From IMG/VR virus record IMGVR_UViG_3300021963_000098: a DNA stretch of 64,000 nucleotides; one strand, given 5' to 3'. Under the pieces are notes generated by a model. The model was not told the DNA's origin. It worked only from the letters and a program-made list of their open reading frames with translations, and ran no database searches. A program made the position numbers and the translations under genes. Below, one piece after another: positions 48,534 through 57,414 of the stretch. Numbering within the stretch: the first letter of the stretch is position 1; every line of letters starts with the position of its first letter. Source of the DNA: an uncultured virus (IMG/VR IMGVR_UViG_3300021963_000098) (lineage: Duplodnaviria > Heunggongvirae > Uroviricota > Caudoviricetes).

Positions 48534-50075
48534 ATGGCAATAGAAGTAAACTTAACAAAACGTGCTCATCAAGTAGAATCCTGGTCACTTGCAGAAATAC
48601 AAGAGTTGGCACGATGTGCCGCGGATCCAATCTACTTTCTAGAGACCTACGCATACATCCAGCATCCCACCAAAGGTCGCGTCAAGTTCATATTGTTTGA
48701 CTATCAGCGAGACCTGCTGAAATGCTATCACGAAAACAAATACAGCATCAACATGCTTGGACGCCAGATGGGTAAAACCACTGTGGCAGCTGGTTACTTG
48801 TTGTGGTATGCAATGTTTGTTCAAGATTCAACTATACTGATTGCGGCACACAAGCATACAGGTGCGCAGGAAATCATGGGTCGTATTAGATTCATATACG
48901 AGAACCTGCCAGACCATATCCGTGCAGGTGTTACCAGCTACAACAAAGGTTCATTGGACTTTGAAAACGGATCGCGCATTGTGTCAGCTACAACAACCGA
49001 AACAACTGGTCGTGGTATGTCACTTACAATCGTATATCTAGACGAGTTTGCATTCGTACCGCCTCGTATTGCCAAAGAATTCTGGACAGCTATCAGCCCC
49101 ACACTGAGTACTGGTGGTAAGTGTATTATTACAAGTACACCAAACCAGGATGACGATCAGTTCGCTCGCATCTGGAAAACAGCAATCCGCACACTGGACG
49201 AGTTTGGCAACGACACAGGTGGTGTTGGCCCCAATGGCTTCCGTGCACTGAAATTTGCATGGCACCATCATCCAGATCGCGACGATGCCTGGGCCAACGA
49301 AGAACGTAGCAAGATTGGCAATGAGCGATTCTTGCGCGAACATGAATGTGACTTTGTTACAGCAGACGAAACACTGATCAGTCCTATCAAGCTACAGATA
49401 CTGGAAAGCAGTGAACCCATAATGAAGCTGGGACAAGTTCGCTTTTTTGACAAGATCATTCCGCGCATGACCTATGTGCTGGGTTGGGATCCTAGCCTGG
49501 GCACAGGTGGAGACAATGCCGCTATACAAGTATTTGAATTGCCAGCAATGAAACAGGTAGTTGAATGGCAGCACAATAAAACAGACATCTCAGGCCAGTT
49601 GCGCAATGTGGTTGAAATACTGACCTATATCAAACAACAGACAAATGATACTGCTGAAATATACTGGAGTGTGGAAAATAACACCCTGGGCGAGGCCGCG
49701 TTGTTGGCCATTCGCGAATACGGGGAAGAACGTATTCCAGGAATGATGATCACAGAAGCAGGCAACAAGCGTAGAGGATTTACTACAGGTAACAAGAACA
49801 AAGTAGCTGCCTGTATGAAACTGAAGTTCTACATTGAAAATGATCGCATGCGATTAATGAGCCCTAACCTAGTGCGTGAAGTAAAAACATTTGTTGCACG
49901 TGGCGCAGGTTTTGCAGCCAAAGATGGCGAAACAGACGACCTAGTGATGGCAACAATTCTTGTTGTGCGCATAGTACAACACATGCTAAGTTGGGATCAG
50001 AAGTTGTACAATCAGTTGACAGATCGTACTGAAATTTCATCTGATACCATAATGCCCATGCCCATAGCTTTCTAA
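48534..50075 (+). CDS. gp17: Terminase large subunit
   Basis: RQMGKTT Walker A, YLDEFAF Walker B, STPNQ, nuclease DPSLG and DDLVMA. Confidence 0.96.
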   Translation: MAIEVNLTKRAHQVESWSLAEIQELARCAADPIYFLETYAYIQHPTKGRVKFILFDYQRDLLKCYHENKYSINMLGRQMGKTTVAAGYLLWYAMFVQDSTILIAAHKHTGAQEIMGRIRFIYENLPDHIRAGVTSYNKGSLDFENGSRIVSATTTETTGRGMSLTIVYLDEFAFVPPRIAKEFWTAISPTLSTGGKCIITSTPNQDDDQFARIWKTAIRTLDEFGNDTGGVGPNGFRALKFAWHHHPDRDDAWANEERSKIGNERFLREHECDFVTADETLISPIKLQILESSEPIMKLGQVRFFDKIIPRMTYVLGWDPSLGTGGDNAAIQVFELPAMKQVVEWQHNKTDISGQLRNVVEILTYIKQQTNDTAEIYWSVENNTLGEAALLAIREYGEERIPGMMITEAGNKRRGFTTGNKNKVAACMKLKFYIENDRMRLMSPNLVREVKTFVARGAGFAAKDGETDDLVMATILVVRIVQHMLSWDQKLYNQLTDRTEISSDTIMPMPIAF

Positions 50076-50088
50076 GGATAAATAACTC

Positions 50089-51297
50089 ATGAGCATCAGT
50101 ATAGAAAACGTATCTAGAGCAATATTGCAAATCATGAAAGGCAATGGACTCAACGTCCAGACTTTCTTGGCAACCTTGCGCCCAACATTAAATGTTCAGG
50201 ACGCACGTTGGTTTTATGCCAAAGATCTTGGAATAATGGTGCACCTAACTGATGACAAGACCAAGCCAGAACTCAAGATCATGCTGAGCCAGGGTCTGGA
50301 CACAGCCAAAATCAAAGACATGTATATGTCATTGCGCGAAATGGCAAAGAATTATAATCTGTTGCCTACTGTGCGTATATTTGGCAAGCATCTTGAGCCT
50401 AAAGATTTTGAATCATTTGTTGCCAGTTCCACTGTGGCTGAATCAGCATTTGGTTCTACAAGGACCAGTTATCATCCACAACCACAAGCCAAAGTAGTGT
50501 TGCGTCACTCAAAGCCGGTTGCTGAAGAAAAGCCAGGATCACGCAGTCGTAACATCAAACAGATTTACATTGACAATAATCAAGGCGAGCGTTTCAAGTT
50601 TGACGTTCCGTATCTCACTGCCGCACGTGCTATGGCAAGACATGTGAGTGACGGTGGCGCACCATATGACGAAAAAGGTCGCGTGATATATGACATGGCA
50701 GTTGAACGACAGGACCTGCGCAAACTTGTGTCCTATGCTCGTAAAAATGAGCTCATGGACGGACTAGATGAAGAGTTAGGACTGGCACTGGGTCGTGTGG
50801 ATGAAATTGATCGTGCACTAAAGCGTTTCCATCGAGTTGGTGGAGAGATTGCCAACACAGTTCCAAAAGTGGAAGCAACAGAGAGTAGCAAGATCAAATT
50901 TACAGTACAGCAATTTGATGAAACATTGTTACCAGGGCTACGTGCTGTGGAGCAACAGCGATTGCGTGTTGCTGAGACACTACGAGCTAGATTCAATCTT
51001 GGTGAGTTCGAAAAGAAAGTGGCCAAATATGATGGCTCCGAACAGAAGTTGGCATTTGAACCACTGAGCGAAATAGACGACACAACTGAGTTCTTGCTCA
51101 AGGCAGGACTCAAAGAATCATACGATTTGGTCATGGTGAGATCTCATCACTTGGCCGAAACACACATGCAGAGAATGGAGCAGGCTGTTAAATTGGCGAA
51201 GACCAAGCTAGCAGTACCTGATGATAAATTTAAGATGAGCCTACACGAAGAAGCGATGCAATCAATTCTTGGCAAGCTCGGTAATCTGGGTGTTTAA
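50089..51297 (+). CDS. Phage hypothetical protein
   Basis: RSRNI..IYI.N.QGERF, ARAMARHV..GG.PYD; late promoter upstream. Confidence 0.7.
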   Translation: MSISIENVSRAILQIMKGNGLNVQTFLATLRPTLNVQDARWFYAKDLGIMVHLTDDKTKPELKIMLSQGLDTAKIKDMYMSLREMAKNYNLLPTVRIFGKHLEPKDFESFVASSTVAESAFGSTRTSYHPQPQAKVVLRHSKPVAEEKPGSRSRNIKQIYIDNNQGERFKFDVPYLTAARAMARHVSDGGAPYDEKGRVIYDMAVERQDLRKLVSYARKNELMDGLDEELGLALGRVDEIDRALKRFHRVGGEIANTVPKVEATESSKIKFTVQQFDETLLPGLRAVEQQRLRVAETLRARFNLGEFEKKVAKYDGSEQKLAFEPLSEIDDTTEFLLKAGLKESYDLVMVRSHHLAETHMQRMEQAVKLAKTKLAVPDDKFKMSLHEEAMQSILGKLGNLGV

Positions 51298-51321
51298 GTT
51301 ACCTTTTGGTAAATACACTCG

Positions 51322-51350
51322 TTGACATACAGATACATACAGCATATACT
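51322..51350 (+). promoter_or_regulatory. Sigma70-type promoter of the gp32 operon
   Basis: TTGACA-N17-TATACT, preceded by late TAAATA at 51310. Confidence 0.85.
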
Positions 51351-51428
51351 ACACGTGTGCTTTCGCTAGAAGCGATTGCACTCTAGGCACATTTAGGCAG
51401 CTTAGGCACAACTTAGGAGAAACAAACC

Positions 51429-52412
51429 ATGGCCTCATTAGCAGAAATTCGCGCTCGTCTACAAGAGCAAGAACAAAAGTCCGGCAGCAAGTCCGGCGGT
51501 GGCGACTCAGCCATTTACCCTTTCTGGAATATCCCAGAAGGCACAACAGCAACAATCCGATTCCTTCCAGATGGTGATGCAAGCAACACATTCTTTTGGC
51601 TAGAGCGCCAAATGATTCGTTTGCCATTCCCTGGCATCAAAGGCGGTGACGAGGGCCGCGCAATTGGCGTTCAAGTACCGTGCGTAGAAATGTGGGGCGA
51701 AGCATGTCCTATTCTAGCAGAGGTTCGTCCTTGGTTCAAGGACAAGGGCCTTGAGGATCTTGGTCGTAAGTATTGGAAGAAGCGTTCATACATTTTCCAA
51801 GGCTTTGTTGTGAGCAATCCGCTCAACGAAGACAGTGAGCCAGAGAATCCAATCCGCAGATTCATTATCAATCCAAGTATCTTTAATATCATTAAGGGTG
51901 CGCTGATGGATCCAGAGATGGAAAATATCCCAACCGACTACATGAACGGTACGGACTTCCGTCTTATCAAAACCACCAAGGGTCAGTATGCTGACTACTC
52001 TACGTCCAACTGGGCACGTAAGGAACGTGGTCTCAACGAGCAAGAGCTTGAAGCAGTTTCCAAGCACGGTCTGTTCAACTTGAACGACTTCATGCCCAAG
52101 CGTCCTACCAAGGATGAGTTGGTGCTGATCAAGGAAATGTTTGAAGCATCTGTCAACGGCGAACTGTTTGATCAAGACCGTTGGGGTTCGTTCTATCGCT
52201 CAGGTGGCGGCGGCAATAGCCCAGCACGTGCGGCAGCTGCCCCGGATGTTGACGCAGATGATGAGCCGGTAGCGGCTGCTCCAGTTGCTCGTCCAGCACC
52301 AACTCCTGCTCCAGTAGCGGCTGCTCCTGCAGAAGCTCCCAAGGAAGAAGGCAAGAAGACCAATGTTGACGACATCCTCAAGATGATCCGTGAACGTAAG
52401 ACTCAGGCCTAA
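51429..52412 (+). CDS. gp32: Single-stranded DNA-binding protein
   Basis: IRFLPDG, PC.EM.G..CP, YWKKRSY, G.DF...K......ADY..S.W; acidic/Ala-Pro tail. Confidence 0.9.
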   Translation: MASLAEIRARLQEQEQKSGSKSGGGDSAIYPFWNIPEGTTATIRFLPDGDASNTFFWLERQMIRLPFPGIKGGDEGRAIGVQVPCVEMWGEACPILAEVRPWFKDKGLEDLGRKYWKKRSYIFQGFVVSNPLNEDSEPENPIRRFIINPSIFNIIKGALMDPEMENIPTDYMNGTDFRLIKTTKGQYADYSTSNWARKERGLNEQELEAVSKHGLFNLNDFMPKRPTKDELVLIKEMFEASVNGELFDQDRWGSFYRSGGGGNSPARAAAAPDVDADDEPVAAAPVARPAPTPAPVAAAPAEAPKEEGKKTNVDDILKMIRERKTQA

Positions 52413-52422
52413 AGCACTATAC

Positions 52423-52455
52423 AGTAGGGGAGGCGAACTCCCCTACTTCTTCTTT
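52423..52455 (+). terminator. Rho-independent terminator
   Basis: AGTAGGGGAG-GCGAA-CTCCCCTACT then TCTTCTTT. Confidence 0.8.
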
Positions 52456-52469
52456 GACAGGTAAAAATA

Positions 52470-53576
52470 ATGACAAAACCATTTGACGTTTCAAAATTCA
52501 GGAAGAGCCTCACGAAGGCTGTACCTGGTATGGCTGTGGGTTTCCACGATCCCAAGGATTGGGTCTCCACTGGCAATTACACACTAAACTATCTTATCAG
52601 CGGCGATTTCACACGTGGCATACCGCTGGGCAAGGTAACAATGTTTGCAGGTGAATCCGGCTCGGGTAAGAGCTATATTTGTTCTGGTAACATCGTAAAA
52701 GCGGCGCAGGCACAAGGTATTCTTCCAATCATCCTTGATACTGAAAACGCACTAGATGAGGATTGGCTCAAAGCACTGGGTGTTGATACTGCACCAGACA
52801 AGCTGATGCGCTTTGGTGTCAGCATGGTAGATGATGTTGCCAGCATCATTCACAGCTTTATGAAGGAATACAAGGAAGAAGCCGCAGGCCAACAGTATGA
52901 TGACCAACAGAAAGTGTTGTTTGTCATTGACTCATTGGGTATGTTACTGACTCCTACTGATGTTAATCAATTCCAAGCCGGTGATATGAAAGGTGATATG
53001 GGTCGTAAGCCCAAGTCACTTGCGGCACTGATACGTAACTCAGTTAACTTGATTGCGGCACATCCAGTTGGCATCATTGCAACTAACCATACCTATGCCA
53101 GCCAGGACATGTTTGATCCGGATGACAAGATTTCCGGCGGTCAGGGCTTCGTGTACGCAAGTTCTATCGTTGTAGCTATGAAGAAACTCAAGCTAAAGGA
53201 AGATGAAGAAGGCAACAAGATTTCAGACGTAGTTGGTATCCGTGCCGCTTGTAAGGTTATGAAGACACGATATGCCAAGCCGTTCGAAAGTGTCCAGGTC
53301 AAGATTCCTTATACGTCAGGCATGAATCCATACTCAGGTTTGGTTGATATGTTTGAAAGCAAAAACATGCTCAAGAAGGAAGGCAACAGCTTGGTTTATA
53401 CTACAACTGATGGCGAAGTTATCAAACAGTTCCGCAAGGCTTGGGAGCGCAATGATAATGGTTCATTGGACAAGGTCATGGCTGATGTTGTTGAACGTGA
53501 TAAACTCGAACTGTTAAATAAGCCAATCGTAGCTGTGAGCGACGAGTTGGATGAGGAATCCGTTCAAGGAGAATAA
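52470..53576 (+). CDS. uvsX: RecA-like recombinase
   Basis: AGESGSGKS, DTENALD, VIDSLG, NHTY, SGG.G..YASS. Confidence 0.95.
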   Translation: MTKPFDVSKFRKSLTKAVPGMAVGFHDPKDWVSTGNYTLNYLISGDFTRGIPLGKVTMFAGESGSGKSYICSGNIVKAAQAQGILPIILDTENALDEDWLKALGVDTAPDKLMRFGVSMVDDVASIIHSFMKEYKEEAAGQQYDDQQKVLFVIDSLGMLLTPTDVNQFQAGDMKGDMGRKPKSLAALIRNSVNLIAAHPVGIIATNHTYASQDMFDPDDKISGGQGFVYASSIVVAMKKLKLKEDEEGNKISDVVGIRAACKVMKTRYAKPFESVQVKIPYTSGMNPYSGLVDMFESKNMLKKEGNSLVYTTTDGEVIKQFRKAWERNDNGSLDKVMADVVERDKLELLNKPIVAVSDELDEESVQGE

Positions 53577-53578
53577 AA

Positions 53579-53869
53579 TTGAGTTTGTATGATAGTGAAG
53601 CATCAATGGTAGTTGATGCTTGGGCCGCAATCAAACCATATCTTAACAAAAAAGATAGAGATGATGCCGCCCAGGCATTTTTACGTACCTTAGAAAATTA
53701 CGTTGACATTGAAACCATGGCCAATGACATTGCCGGCCATGATGGTCCGTTGGATCGTGCACTGTCAGTGTTGTATGGTGGTTTAGATAATAGTGACGAT
53801 GACAACTACAATGACCCCGAAGGTGATGAAGAGTTGTTCAGCGGCGGATATGATGATGAAGAAGATTAA
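53579..53869 (+). CDS. Small acidic hypothetical protein (TTG start)
   Basis: AAGGAG RBS before TTG; D/E-rich tail. Confidence 0.65.
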   Translation: MSLYDSEASMVVDAWAAIKPYLNKKDRDDAAQAFLRTLENYVDIETMANDIAGHDGPLDRALSVLYGGLDNSDDDNYNDPEGDEELFSGGYDDEED

Positions 53870-53872
53870 TCA

Positions 53873-54331
53873 ATGAGCACATGGTTCCGGAAGGTAACAG
53901 CAGATATAGGCCATTTACCAGACGCTATTGACTGGTTCGAAGCCCAGCTTGAAGAAGCCAAGGCTGAAATCAGTCTTCGTGGTAATGTGGAGAAAAATGC
54001 ACGTGATCTTCCGGGCATCATTGAGCATAGGTTTAATCAGCTACAGGAAATTGAAGCCATACTAGAACATCTTAACATTGAACTAAGACGTTTACGAAGT
54101 AATCACTTTAAGAAGTATCTAGAACATTACAACAGGGCAATGAGCAGTCGCGATGCTGAAAAATATAGCGATGGCGAACCCGAGGTGTTAGAGATGCAAC
54201 GTCTCATAAATGAGTTTGCTCTAGTACGTAACAAGTTCCAGGGCTTGATCAAAGCGATTGATACCAAGAACTTCATGATTAGTAACATTACTCGACTACG
54301 TGTCGCTGGAATGGAAGATGCAAGCGTCTGA
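53873..54331 (+). CDS. uvsY: Recombination mediator
   Basis: Helical; SSRDAEKY.DGE, K.F.I.NI..LR.AG; downstream of uvsX. Confidence 0.8.
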   Translation: MSTWFRKVTADIGHLPDAIDWFEAQLEEAKAEISLRGNVEKNARDLPGIIEHRFNQLQEIEAILEHLNIELRRLRSNHFKKYLEHYNRAMSSRDAEKYSDGEPEVLEMQRLINEFALVRNKFQGLIKAIDTKNFMISNITRLRVAGMEDASV

Positions 54332-54884
54332 TATTTCATGTGTTGCAGACATTGTTGGTGCCAAGTTTAACGCATTACGAAGTACCAACCAACGTGCGTA
54401 TGCAGACTATCTAGAGTTCTATGTCTGCAAGTTGATAGAAGACACTTATCCAGATCTTTACAAAGCATCAACCAGTGTGCGTAGCCCAGAAGATTTCATG
54501 CTAGGCAGCATTCTTGTTGATGTAAAGACACGATGCATCAACAGAGAGTTTAGCATGCCTAATCTCATCAGCGTTGATCGTGCAAGCAAGATCCTTGCTG
54601 ACCAAACACGTGACATTTGGTATTGGTTCATTGATTATGAAGTGCATACTGACGGCACGTTCAGTATTGTATCATCAGAACTCACACCCATATGGCATCT
54701 CAACTGGGAAGCCCTTAGCATACAGAACCTCGGGCTTGGGCAGATACAGATATCCAACTGGGCAATGCTCAAGGACCCTGCGCCAGCCAGGGCATTTTGG
54801 TGTTTGAATTTAACAAAAAGAACACGTGAATTCTATGTGCGCCTGCAACAAAAGCTGGAAAAACGCATAAAAGCCCTGGGCTAA
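54318..54884 (+). CDS. PD-(D/E)xK endonuclease, type II restriction enzyme-like
   Basis: E...SPEDF...VDVKT...SMPNLIS...QIQ pattern recalls HincII-type enzymes. Confidence 0.55.
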   Translation: MQASDISCVADIVGAKFNALRSTNQRAYADYLEFYVCKLIEDTYPDLYKASTSVRSPEDFMLGSILVDVKTRCINREFSMPNLISVDRASKILADQTRDIWYWFIDYEVHTDGTFSIVSSELTPIWHLNWEALSIQNLGLGQIQISNWAMLKDPAPARAFWCLNLTKRTREFYVRLQQKLEKRIKALG

Positions 54885-54935
54885 GTGCTTGATTTTTAAG
54901 CAGTTTTTAGCCTTGCTAAGTGCTTGATTTTTAAG
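54880..54935. repeat. 21-bp direct repeat, each copy matching the IHF consensus
   Basis: GCTAAGTGCTTGATTTTTAAG at 54880 and 54915; reverse strand AATCAA-GCAC-TTA = WATCAAN4TTR. Confidence 0.8.
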
Positions 54936-54970
54936 GGATTTTTCTACTACTTTATGCTAAATTCTGTGGG

Positions 54971-54988
54971 TGTTGCACAAATACAACA
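54971..54988. promoter_or_regulatory. 18-bp palindromic operator-like motif, copy 3
   Basis: TGTTGCACAAATACAACA. Confidence 0.7.
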
Positions 54989-55028
54989 CAAAAAACCCAA
55001 AAAAAAGTGAAAAAACTGGTAAAACCGG

Positions 55029-55057
55029 TTGACTGCAAGCCCGCTCTAGTGCATAAT
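55029..55057 (+). promoter_or_regulatory. Sigma70-type early promoter
   Basis: TTGACT-N17-CATAAT; downstream ACAAACACTAGGCAA identical to the 37390 promoter. Confidence 0.85.
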
Positions 55058-55090
55058 ACAAACACTAGGCAATTAAACAAAGGAGCTTGT

Positions 55091-56161
55091 ATGTCAACAG
55101 TAACAATTTTGCGCGGTAGCTACCGCAATGTGCCCGTCCGTAATCGTACGTTCCGTATGCTCAAGGACTTCCAAGTTGGAGCCAAAGGCGGCTTCGTCAC
55201 TGTGCTAGGTGATGGCAGTGATGCTTTTCCTGCTAAAGCAATTCGTGTTCGTGTAAGCGGACTCAAAGACATTGTAGCAGATTCATCAATTGGTAATCGT
55301 AACGAGGAGGACATTATGGGTCTAGCTACCCAAGATGACGGCTCCGTGCTTCGCATCGAGAAGCCAGCGGACCCAGAAGTTTACACTGAAACTGATGAGG
55401 AAGCAATTGAGCGCATCCGTCAGCGTTTTGACATTTTGGATGAGATGACACACGGTACCACTAGCGGTGCTGTACGTGCAATGATTGTGAGCGGCCCTCC
55501 AGGCGTTGGCAAGAGCTTTGGTGTTGAGAAGGTGCTTGAAGAAGCCGCTTTGTTTGACAAGATTGCTCAACGCAAGCAGAAGTTTGAAGTGGTTAAGGGT
55601 GCAATGAGCGCCATTGGTTTGTATGCCAAACTGTTCAAATACGCCGATGAAGGTTGCGTGGTAGTGTTTGACGACTGTGACTCTGTGTTGTTGGACGACT
55701 TGTCGCTGAACATTCTCAAAGCGGCGTTGGACTCTAGCAAGAAGCGTTACATCAGCTGGAACACTGACTCGCGCTTGTTACGTAGCGAAGGCATTCCAGA
55801 CCGTTTTGAGTTCAAAGGTGCGGCTATCTTTATCACCAACATCAAGTTTGAGCACGTGCGTTCTAAGAAGCTGAAGGACCACTTGGATGCGTTGGAGTCA
55901 CGTTGCCACTATCTGGATCTGACTTTGGATACCACCCGCGACAAGCTCTTGCGCATCAAGCAGATTGTCAAAGACGGCATGCTTGACAGCTACGACTTTG
56001 AAGATGGTGCCAGCGACGAGATTGTTGAGTACATGGAAACCAATGTCAAGCGTTTGCGTGAACTGAGCTTGCGTACTGTGCTCAAGATTGCAGACTTACG
56101 CAAGATGAGCGCCAGCTCTTGGAAGAAGATTGCCGAAGTCACTGTAATGCGCAAGGCATAA
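55091..56161 (+). CDS. AAA+/P-loop ATPase
   Basis: SGPPGVGKS Walker A, VFDDCD Walker B, IFITN, ALESRC; start moved to ATG 55091 after AAGGAG. Confidence 0.88.
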   Translation: MSTVTILRGSYRNVPVRNRTFRMLKDFQVGAKGGFVTVLGDGSDAFPAKAIRVRVSGLKDIVADSSIGNRNEEDIMGLATQDDGSVLRIEKPADPEVYTETDEEAIERIRQRFDILDEMTHGTTSGAVRAMIVSGPPGVGKSFGVEKVLEEAALFDKIAQRKQKFEVVKGAMSAIGLYAKLFKYADEGCVVVFDDCDSVLLDDLSLNILKAALDSSKKRYISWNTDSRLLRSEGIPDRFEFKGAAIFITNIKFEHVRSKKLKDHLDALESRCHYLDLTLDTTRDKLLRIKQIVKDGMLDSYDFEDGASDEIVEYMETNVKRLRELSLRTVLKIADLRKMSASSWKKIAEVTVMRKA

Positions 56162-56207
56162 AGTTTAAGATGGGATGATTGCCTAGTAAACAACTCCGCC
56201 CATCTTG

Positions 56208-56239
56208 GTCCCAAGTCAGAAACGGCTTGGGACTTTTTT
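56208..56239 (+). terminator. Rho-independent terminator
   Basis: GTCCCAAGTC-AGAAAC-GGCTTGGGAC-TTTTTT. Confidence 0.88.
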
Positions 56240-56259
56240 ATTTTGAACACTAGGCAAGG

Positions 56260-56288
56260 TTGACAGAATAACAGGATTCAGCTACAAT
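56260..56288 (+). promoter_or_regulatory. Sigma70-type promoter
   Basis: TTGACA-N17-TACAAT. Confidence 0.85.
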
Positions 56289-56360
56289 TGAAACACTTGA
56301 GAGATATACTTTCAAGGAAGACGGCGCATTGTGCGTCATATAAACCAAGAAGGAAATATC

Positions 56361-57413
56361 ATGGCAGTCAAACGCCTTACCCGCAAGCTCACGGACGTTA
56401 TCGCCGAAGTTGAAACTCAACTCAAAGCCCACTACAACGTCACACAAAAAGAACTTGATGCATGGCGAGCCCGTGCCCAAGCATTGCAACATAAATTCCC
56501 AGTCAGCTCTATGATAGCGATTGAGGACCTTTGGATTGATTACGAAGTCCAACGCGATGTGTTGCACAAGCATATCATCAACATCATGCGAAAGTGGGAT
56601 CCCCGTATTTGCAGTCCGGGTTCAGCTTGTCGCATTGTAGGCAAACCAAATACCTATCTCTATGATGCACAACACCGCACCATTGCCGCAGGGCTTCTTG
56701 GCTTTACGGAAATTCCATGTGCGGTCGTGGAAACATCAGATCCAAACTTTGCCAGCTTTGCATTTGAGATGCTAAATGACACAGGTGTCAAGCGACTCAC
56801 ACCAGGTGATTTGCATCGCAATGCCTTGGTGCGCTACAAGAATGGCAGTCCTGATATCAAAGTTAAACGAGCACGTACCTTGCAAGACCAATTTGACAAG
56901 GTAGGTATTGACTTGCAGGACAAAGGTTCACGTGCTAGCGATAACCTACGCGGTAGCAACGACTACTTTTTCAGCCACTTCAAGTATGCGTACAAGGCAA
57001 TTGAAGTTGATGAAAAAGGTGGTGTCCTTTTTGATGTGTTAAGCGCAATCAAAGAAGTGTTTCCTTTGCAGGAAGAAATTGACCAAGGTGTGTTTATTGG
57101 TCTCAATGAGATTGAACGACTGTGTGGTACTAACAATATCAAACTGCCTGCGGGTTGGATGAAGACGCTGTTGGAAAGTGTCAAGCAGACGTTTAAGAGT
57201 TCAGCGTTGGTACATGCCAAAGCCAAGGTACAATGGGAACATGTCAAGCCAGGGTCAACTTGGAGTGCGCCCAGTGCAATGAGTAACTTCTTGCGCGAGC
57301 TACACTTGCGCAATGGTGGTACACTAGCTATTCCTTATCATGGCGATGGTGCCAAGATGGGTATCGAAGAAGGCAATGCAGCCCCGGGATTGTTCCCTGA
57401 CACGGAGAAGTAA
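56361..57413 (+). CDS. ParB/Srx-superfamily (DGQHR-type) protein
   Basis: IDYEVQR...I...WD...YDAQHR..A...G...IPC; AAGGA RBS before ATG 56361. Confidence 0.7.
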   Translation: MAVKRLTRKLTDVIAEVETQLKAHYNVTQKELDAWRARAQALQHKFPVSSMIAIEDLWIDYEVQRDVLHKHIINIMRKWDPRICSPGSACRIVGKPNTYLYDAQHRTIAAGLLGFTEIPCAVVETSDPNFASFAFEMLNDTGVKRLTPGDLHRNALVRYKNGSPDIKVKRARTLQDQFDKVGIDLQDKGSRASDNLRGSNDYFFSHFKYAYKAIEVDEKGGVLFDVLSAIKEVFPLQEEIDQGVFIGLNEIERLCGTNNIKLPAGWMKTLLESVKQTFKSSALVHAKAKVQWEHVKPGSTWSAPSAMSNFLRELHLRNGGTLAIPYHGDGAKMGIEEGNAAPGLFPDTEK

Positions 57414-57414
57414 A

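Noticed and set aside
54880..54935. CRISPR mini-array
   Set aside because: Only two 21-bp repeats with a 14-bp spacer and no cas genes; better explained as IHF-like sites
55007..55090. N-terminal extensions in the ORF track (1121, 2307, 37266, 55007, 56331, 57340)
   Set aside because: They run through promoters, terminators or upstream genes; downstream ATGs have clear SDs
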